Shown here: positions 51,562-61,300 of the stretch, in pieces
How positions within the stretch are numbered: position 1 is the stretch's first letter
Layout of the letters: every line of letters begins with the position of its first letter
NCBI RefSeq assembly: GCF_006345805.1
Contig: NC_042999.1
Span: 75,020,001 to 75,084,000 of the forward strand
From: Octopus sinensis
Taxonomy: Eukaryota
Length of the DNA: 64,000 nucleotides
Reading direction: 5' to 3'
Notes under the pieces: model-generated
What the model was told of the DNA's origin: nothing
The model's database searches: none
What the model saw: only the letters and a program-made list of their open reading frames with translations
Translations under genes and position numbers: made by a program

Positions 51562-54500
51562 TTCTTAGCATTGCTTTTATCCAGTATGTATCAATCATGT
51601 CCATTACTTGTCAAAACCAGGGTGGTACCCTGTACATAGCAGTTGATGCTTCTAATTCTCAGTTGTATTATAAGTTCACTTCTGCCCAGTATTTCATGCT
51701 AATTAATATTGCATATCAATGAAATCATACTCAACACAGTCTTCTCAAAACTCATCAAATCTTTCACATCCAGGGTACATGATGTTCTTCTATGCATCAT
51801 TGCATTCTTACTCAGGCTTCAAGAATCTGCTTCTTAAATGGAGAGATACATAATTTGTTGCCAACAGAAGTAATATTTCTTTCGCAACTTCCAACCCTTT
51901 CTTGCTCTAGAATATAACAGCCTAAATACCTTCTTTCTCGACTATGTTATCTTGTAAGCAGAAAATATCTACTAAATATGGCAATCCATCCAATGAATTC
52001 CTTGATTTCCTTTAACGAGTACTCTTAAACAACTTGTACAACACTTATTGCTCTTATACCCTTAATGTTTAAAATCCTGCTATATTTTCCCCAACACATT
52101 GTTTCAACTTTGATAAATTAAAAAAATGGTCTTGCTCAATATTTAAGAGCTGATTTCTCTCTGAACAAGATCCTTTTTCATTTGTTACAGTGGTTTTTAC
52201 ATCTGCTGATTCTTATTATTTGGTCTTTGCTATGTTAAATTAGTGACCTTTTGACTTCATAGACCATTCTTCCAGACTATAAATATTTTTGTATCTTTGC
52301 AGTAGATTCTTTAGTAAGAACCAAATAAGAATGAAGTAATAGGTAAAAAGAAAACTATGTGGGTATCAGAATACCGCCCTATTGATATGTAACCTTGAAA
52401 TTACTCGGTAGTTTGCCTTTTATTATATATACTTGTATGAGATCATGATATAAATGTATGTGATCGGTCATGTCAAATCTTTTAGTAGAAGATTCCACTC
52501 CTTATTGTACTTCTCTGCTGTTGAGTGATTATGGAGTGTATATCCACTAAACATTAGCCAAAAAGGAATTCACTTAGAACATCATGTTTTCTGAAAGCGG
52601 TTGTAATTGAGAAAATATTGTTTGTACAAGTTTCTTCTTACTGTATCTATATCTTACTATTCCTTAACATTCCTGAAGTCCTTGGAAGTTATATGTAATG
52701 CTAGTGTATCTTAAGAATGGAGTAAATTTTACAGATGAGCAATCTCTTCTTTTCTGTTTACAGTTTCACTATGATGCCAATTGCTTTGATTAAATTTGTT
52801 ATTGTTGAGTTAAAATGCAAGCCACCACCAGTATTTTGGTCATTAAAACCATCAGCACAAAAAAGTGTTGTTCTGCCACCAAGATAGAAAGGATATTAAC
52901 CTGTACTAACTCAGTGATTGAGAAGAGTTGTACTCTCTTTACAAATTTAGTTGGAAGACTAAATTGTAGTGAGCCCTAGGTTTTTTATGAGTTTATGATG
53001 CACTTTTTACAAGTCCTCTGTATACCAGTAATGAGTTTGCCAGTAGAAATATATAATTATTTATTTACTGTATATAATTAGTAATTTTTTTATATATATA
53101 ATTACTAATTTGGAGGATCTCCTTTCAGGGATTTATTGCCTGATATGCTAATCTGTTAGATTCTACTGTGATTTGAGACAACAAAGTACACATATTAGAA
53201 ACAGAGAAAATAGTTGGCAGAAAGCTCTACAAGCTTCTGTCTTTTGTTATTCATAAATGCAGCTTCTTAAAGATGTATGATATTAAAGCAAGTTTAAGAG
53301 TAGCCAGCATAAAACATTAACTTTTGCTTAATTTCCATCGAGAATTCAAATGTATCATACATACAGAGATGATACAAGTGCTTCTTCATCATTTTGAGAC
53401 AAAGATAGATAAGATTAGGATCAAATAGTTAGACAAAAAGATTGATCAAGACGATCAGCTTAGGTACTTATATAGAGCAAACTGTTTACAATTATAAAAA
53501 CCAAAGCATTTTATCGGATTGATCACTCCAGAAAACTGGAAAGCAAGTTACATTATATGACAATAATTACTAACAACTGAAAGCATTTGGTGAACTAATA
53601 ACCAATAATGTTAATTCTTCAAGGACTTGTTCTTGTCTTCCTTTTCTCTTGATCACTTTTTCTTTTCTCATTTTTTTTCTACAGGAAAAAAGCTATTAAA
53701 GTGACCTGAACACAAGTCCAATTTTTGATGGTTCAGTGCACAGCATATTGAACTAACTTCAAACTATTACCTCATTATATTACTTTTGTATATTACTCGT
53801 TCTTAATTTATATACACTGGTGAAATGAAAATTAAAACAGACTCTTATAGCATTGCAGTGCTGAGCACTATTGTCATCGTCGTCATCCTCATTATCATCA
53901 TCATCATCATCCTCATCATCATAATCATTGTCGCTGTCATCATTGTTACCATTGTCATCTTTGTCATCATCATTATCACCATCATCATTGTCATTACTTA
54001 ATATCTGTTTTCCATGATGGCATGGGTTGGATGGTTTGACAGGAGCTAGCAAGCCAGAGAGCTGCACCAAGCTCTAATTGTCTGTTTTAGCAGAGTTTCT
54101 ACAGCTAGATATCCTTCCTAATGCTAACTACTTTACAGAGTGTACTGAGTGCTTTTTATGCGGCACCGACATAGCATAAAAACACAAATTTAAATACTTT
54201 AATTAGTTTGTTGCTCTTTTTCAGTCACTTCCATTAATCTTGTGTAAGGAATCAGTATTGCAACTGATATTACTGTATTAATTTGACAGAATTGGTAGAA
54301 TTGCCCATGTTTAGTTTCACTCTTCTGCATTTCACATTTTGATGCAAAATCACCCCAGAATCAGCTTTGCTTTTTGTGTCTACTGGGTATATAAAACAAA
54401 TAATAGTAACAATGGCATATGGCGTAGTGGTTAAGAGCGATTCCAGGCAGTGACCTAAATAATAATAATAATAATAATAACGACAACAACAACATCAAAA

Positions 54501-55329
54501 ATACCTTAGGAATGAGAACCTGATGAAGGCTGGAGAGTATATCTGCTGAAACGTTGTGTTAACAACAAACAAGTTTGCCAGTAGAGATATATAAATATCT
54601 GTCAAATGTAAATAATGACATAATTCCTCATCTCTTAAATATAGAACAATAGTAACAGCAATTTGGACATAAATTTTGTCAGAAGATATCAAAACCCTAA
54701 CAAGTATTTGAGTATATAGCAGGCAAACTTGCTAGCAAGCTCAGTTAAATACCTAACTGTATTTATTATGATTTTTCATTGTTCTGAATTTAAATCCTAA
54801 GGCCATCAACAGTGTTATTCATATATTCCAGAAATACATGTCAGTTGAGCAAATTGATTTATCACCTCATCTTTACAGAGTGACTCATCCATTATGCAAA
54901 CTAATCAATATTTTAATCTATATTTTTCTTTATTAATATAGGTACAAAACGACCATATAGATTAGTTGGTGGTAGAAGTTTGCTGTCAGGAACAGTGGAA
55001 AAGCTTTATGGTTCAACGTATTACCCAGTGTGTGCAAAAGTATATACTAATGATGGGCTAAAAGATATCTGCTCTCAATTTGGTGCCAGGTAAATATTTC
55101 ATTCTATATTTTATCAACTATTAATATACTTGTAGGATTAAAAACTGATAACTATTTTAATTAAATATATCCTTTTGTGTAAAATACTACTAATTGTATA
55201 CCCATGGCATAAAAATAAGCAATACTTATTTCAGTTAGAGTGAACAGGAAAATATCCTTTACAGTTATAATATTTACTTTTGCTCAATTTCCATCAAGAA
55301 TTCAGTTATTATATCTTTCCTAATTTGTC

Positions 55330-55388
<59 letters not shown>

Positions 55389-58300
55389 ATGTATATCATC
55401 ATCATCCTCCTCATCATCATTTTATATCTGTTTTCCATGCTGGCATGAGTTGGATGGTTTGACAGAGCTGGCTAGGATGTGAGCTGCACTTGGCTCCATT
55501 TTCTGATTTGGCATGATTTCTATAGTTGGATGACTTTCCTAATTCCAACCACTTTAGAGTGTGTACTAGGTGCTTTTTGCATGGTTTCAGCATCAATAAT
55601 GTCACTGAGTAATTTACAAGTCAAAAACTCCCAACTTAAAAGAGGAAGTAGTATTGAAGGAGGTGGTTGTACCAGTTGATGAGAGATTAAAGTGAAGAGG
55701 GATAGAGACAAGTGTATCTTGATGGAAAAGAAAGGAAAGGAGAGAAGACAAAGAGAGAGGATGAATCAGAGAATAAGATAAAGAGAGCGAGAGTGAGAGA
55801 GATAATGGCAGACACAAGGAACTGTTGGGGGTGGTGGGAATAAGTGAGGTTATACATAGGTTTGGGTTGGGTGTGTGGGCAGAAGAACTGCAATTGATGG
55901 AGAGAAATATAGGAGTGGCTCAATGGGTTGCAGTAGATATGTGAGGGCATTGAGGGAGATAGAAGATAAGTGAGAATAGCACTGGGGAGAGATGGTACAG
56001 AAAGGAGATGATTGGTGGGGATAGCAGACAGTGGAAGTGGTTTGGGGTGAATGAAGGAAGGTAATTGAGAAAGCAAGAGGGATATAGTATGTGCCTATTC
56101 TACCCATAGGTGATAAAGAAGTGGTGGATGTTAGTGAGTTCTTGTTGAGTGAGTTGTATCCAGGTATGGGTGGCTTATATGGTATTCCTTGAAGAAATCT
56201 GTCCAGACTCTTTAATTAGTTTTGGGACAATGTTAAACAGGGCAGGACCTGTTGAGGAAAAGAAATTATGTTGCAGTGTACCTATATGATGTGATCTTGA
56301 ATTGGCAGGGGAGGTATGGCTCATGGTCCCAGCCTTGGATGAACCTTGAAACTAATGTTCAAGTTATTTGGGCAATGCTGGTGGTATATTCTCCACATCG
56401 TACAAATGATGTACCGCTCGTGGTGGCGCTGGAGAGAGTAGAGTTTCAAGGTTTTAAGGCAGTACCAGTAATCGAGATCCGTCATGCCTCTGGGGTGATT
56501 CAACCCTCGAGATGTTTTTTTTTGTATGGAGAGACCACAGGGGGCAGCAGTATTCGAGGTGTGGCTGTACAAAGGAGAAAGTGGAATGATGACACCTTGT
56601 TCTCTGGACTGGAAAGTTCTTAAGATCCAGGAGCTCATCCTGTGGGCTATATCGACCTTATTGTTATCAACAATTACACTTAGGTCCCTGATATTATTAG
56701 TTGCCGTGAACGGTTCCCCAGAAGGAAGAGAGTATGGCTATTTTAGTATAGACTTTCTTCCAAAATGCATCAGCTCAAATTTTCACTCATTCAGTTGCAT
56801 TTTGTTTTTGTCTGCCCATTGACTCACAGCATATAGATCAGACTGGAGTTGAGTTCAGTCTTCCTCTTCATTGATGGTTTTCAGGAGCTTATTGTCATCA
56901 GCAAATATTTTCACTTAGCAGTGATTTATGATGCTAGAAAGGTCGTTTATGTAAATTATAAAAAGGAGAGGGCCTAAGACAGTCTCCTGAGGGACACCAC
57001 TGGTGATTTTTGCTGGGCTTGAGTGGACTCCATTGACTACAACTTTTTGCGTTCTATTCGCCAGGAAATACTTAATCCAGTGTAGAAGTTTTCCATGGAT
57101 TCCAGCATTTGCCAATTTTGAGAGTAAGATATTATGGTCAACCCTGTCGAATGCTTTACTGAAGTCAAGATATATGACATCAGAGTTTGAACCTGTTCCC
57201 AAGGCTTTAAGTATATCTTCAATGTGGTGTAAGAGCTGTGTTAGACAGTCCCTGTCACAGCAAAAGCTATGCTGATTTGCATTTAGGAATTTGTGGGTCT
57301 CCAGGAAATCAGCTACCTTTGATCTTACCACTCTTTCAAACACTTTAATGATGTGGGAGGTGAGTGAGACTGGGCGATAGTTGACTGTGAGGGATCTGTT
57401 TCCCTGCTTGAAAACTGGCATGACATACTGGGATTGGAGCTGTTTTGGTATATAAAGAATTTCTCCCGAGGTTGGTCTGAGGGACTGCAAGTTGGTGTCT
57501 ACATTCCTTCAGGAGACTAGCGGGGAATCTATCAGGGCCTACAGAAGAATAGTATTTGACCTTATTTATTGCTGCTATGATGTCTGAGGTAGTGATGGTT
57601 ATGTCTGAGATTTTATGCTGGGAATCAACTTCGTTCGCTTCTCTTACGTCAAAATCAGTGAGATCACTAAAGACAGAGCAGTATTGTTTCTGCAGTATTT
57701 CTGCCATTTCTTTAGCATCGTGTTGGGGAATGCCGTTATCATCAATCAATGGCCCAATGGGTGAGACAGCAGTTCTATACTTATTTGCATGAGTAGAACA
57801 CTTTTGGGTTCTGTTTGATGCTTTTGATTACCCACTGTTCCTCTGCAGCTCTTTGATTTTCAATGGAGGTTTTCATGTTGGTCTGCAGATGAAGTTTTTC
57901 CAACTCCAGCCTTTCATTGTTGTTGAATGTGGAGTATTTTAATTAGTTGATTTTTTTATTGAGTCTTTTGATGTGCCTGATGAGTGTTCTTTTCTTTTTA
58001 GGGAGCTGGTTTCAGTTTGTGTAAGTGGATTTTGTAGGTGCATGTTTTGAACATGTATAGGTGACGATTTTCTCAAAGTGTTGTCATGCGGTCTGAATGT
58101 GAGTGGAACTGAGAGTGAAAGACCAGTCGATGAAGGACAGATCCTTTCTGATTGCTCTCCAGTCTGCTTTGTGGAAGTTTATGTTATTAAATGAGTGCCG
58201 TGGAGTGGGATTGGCTGGTTTGGTTTTGATATGCTGGGAATTAAAATTGCAGAGTATCATTAGGTCAGATATCAATGAGGATGTTGTTTGTTGAAATGAC

Positions 58301-61300
58301 CCCTGGGCTGTTGGAGTTGGGTCAGTTGGTGCACTACATCCATTGACAAGTTTGGCTTCTAGTGTTGCCATGTGATCATGTAAAGTATGAAATGATCTTG
58401 TGATTTCTTTTATTTTGTTTTCAATCTGTTTTACAGATCTGTAAAAGGATTGTGACTCTAATTTTACAGCGATTTTTCAGTAGACATTAGCTTTTACACA
58501 ATCGTTATGGTGAGTGTACCAAGCGTTTATCAGTGCACTGATTTCGTTTTCTGCCCAGTTGCATTTTAGAATATTATTGGCTATATTCAATGGGACAGTA
58601 TTATACACTGTGCGTCAGTTACTGATGACTTGATGTATAATAGTGAATGCACTGTTGAAAAGTTTGTGTCGATATATTTGGAAATGCATGGCTATATCTG
58701 GCTGTGTGAGGGAGAGTTCAGTGTATTTCATTTGAATCAGAATGAGCGGTGTGTTTAATACAAATTGAGAGAAAAGAATTGTATTCATGAGACTAGTTTT
58801 AGAACTAATCTTGGGTTTAGTTTTGCTTTATATTTGTTTCTCCAGGTTGTATGTAATTTTGTGTAAATTTATCCTCCGATAATAGTAAAATAGTAGAATA
58901 ATAGAATTCAAGAGTTCTGGGAATAAAAACAAGGAAAGTTACTGCTGTTTTGAGCTGAAATAAGGAATATGAAATTACTCATACAAATTATGTTTTTGTT
59001 TTCTCTTACAGCGTCACTGTAACACACCAATTATACAGAGCATATATGAGAGGAAGTTACTATTCTTGTTCTTCTCGATATTCTTTTACATGCTCAAGGT
59101 ACCGATGCTCCAGTCGTTGTTCATGCAACTCGCTGTATTTGACTTGTTCTGATACGGGTAAGACATTAACAGTGTTTTTCTTTATTTATACTTTGTGGCT
59201 GTATGAATGCTACAGAGAATATATCAATCTCCAAGTGCTTCAAAACTACAATGGAATTTCTTTGCCATTGAAGTTGCTTCACTTTCTTGAAGTTATTTAT
59301 GTACATTACAACTTTGCATATAAGTTTTTTTCAAAAATTAAAAAAAAAGTGAAGTAACATCATAAGAATTAAATAAGTGCTTGATATTGAAATTATAAAG
59401 TGAATACTTCCCTCTATTACTTTCCAACAATTTTCCTTCCACTTATTTAATAACTCTTTTTGATGAGAGTTGTATTCTTGCAATGAGTTTAGGAAGACAA
59501 GATTATGATGAAATTTTAATAATTTTCATTTAGTCTGCTAATTTCTGAGAAATGCCTGGATGTTATGTTGTGTCAAACACCCTCTGATTCCATTGATCTA
59601 TCTTTTCCATGTTTTCCCGTTTTTCATCATTTCTGCATCAGTTTTTTGTAAAGTATGTATCTGCCAACAACTATTGCACATATATTTGACAAAACCTGCC
59701 TCTTCTTATACTTACCTAACAGCAACCCATGAATTTAACTCTGCATTGTTGATAGTCTCTTTTAGTTATAGCATATTTTCATATAATACACAGTTCAGTA
59801 AATGCTGCTTCCAAGAAATATTCTTCAATATTGTAACAAAGAGGTTAACTCTTTTGTTTCCATATTTCTGATAAACAACATTACCTTTGTTTCAATGAAT
59901 TTTGAAAATCATGAAAAATTTAGTAAAATAATTTGATCTTTATAACACTGATGTTTGGATTTTAAATTAATATACACTTTTGAAGGAAGATTTCAATTTA
60001 GATCATTTTAAAACTGGAAGTGTATAGCATAGAACCAGGAATATCCCGGTGGGTTTGTGTCAAAAGGGTTAACATCTTGGAATACATTTCATTTAGTCTG
60101 ATTTATATGGCTTTCCTATATTTTACAACATTGAGATCCTTATAGAAAAATACTTTGCACAGAGACTCTAAAAGACTGCACTTCAAGGTTATTATATAAA
60201 TTTGATTCCTATATTGCAAAGATCTTGTTCATTGCTTCCCACATCAATTCAATTCATATTTTACCATTTCTCTTTGAGCTTTTATCCATTTTCAGGTTTG
60301 CACACTTTGATGATAGTATATTTTCTTTTAGTTGGTTCAAAACTATGCACTTAGTCTTACTGGCATCGTAATATGATCTGTTTTGCAAGTTTCCAATGTG
60401 TGGAAGTAGTAGTTGAAATTTTGAAAATAATAGTTTTAAAATGGTATCTGCTTTTTAAAGAGCTATTTCAAAATCTTTTTCTTTTGCAATAATGAACTTT
60501 TGCAATTGTTGTATTTCTGTATCACTATCAAATGGTAAAACACAAGCAACAGTTTCTTTGTAGATAATGTTGACTTGCATCTATGATGGTGTCTTGGATT
60601 CTATATGTCCTAACAATCTATATCAGTTTGACTTGGTGGATTAAGTTGAAAGTGTTGCTAAAGTCTACAAATGATATAACAGCTTTTAAGCTGTGATCAT
60701 TGATACATTCAATAAGCCTTTGTATTGCAAGAATTTGTAATAATATTCACCTTACTGAATAAAAACCATATTCTGAAAGGCAACATTTGTTGTAGATTTT
60801 AGCTGCAATAACTGTTAAACTAATGCCTCAGTATTGTTTAACATATTCAAGATTTCAGTTTTTGAAGATTGGTACAAAACCATTTTTCAACCAAATATTT
60901 GCTTTGTTTTAGTATTAAGCTTTTTTTACATTACAAATAATGTATTCAAGAGTTGTCATTTTCCATACTTCCACTGCTTTATTGTCAAGACTTGATGCAC
61001 TGCCATAATTGAAAAACTCAATTCAATCCTTTAGTTCTTTGGTAAAGTCATTTGTATCTAAAGGTAAGATTTCTTTAACATCATTACTGATAGGCTGATC
61101 TATGATATTTTATGACTGTTCAAGTAACTGATAAAGAAGTGTTCTTTCTTTCTTTTTTAATTTGGTCTGTAGAATTGCTTGCTTTTAGTTCTCCTGTATT
61201 GGTTTTTCTTTTTCCCTGTTACTTTATTCAGGGTTGCTCATGTGAGAGAAAGGTACTGGTTTTCTAAAGCATTTTGAAATATTTATTTTATGCTGAGGAA

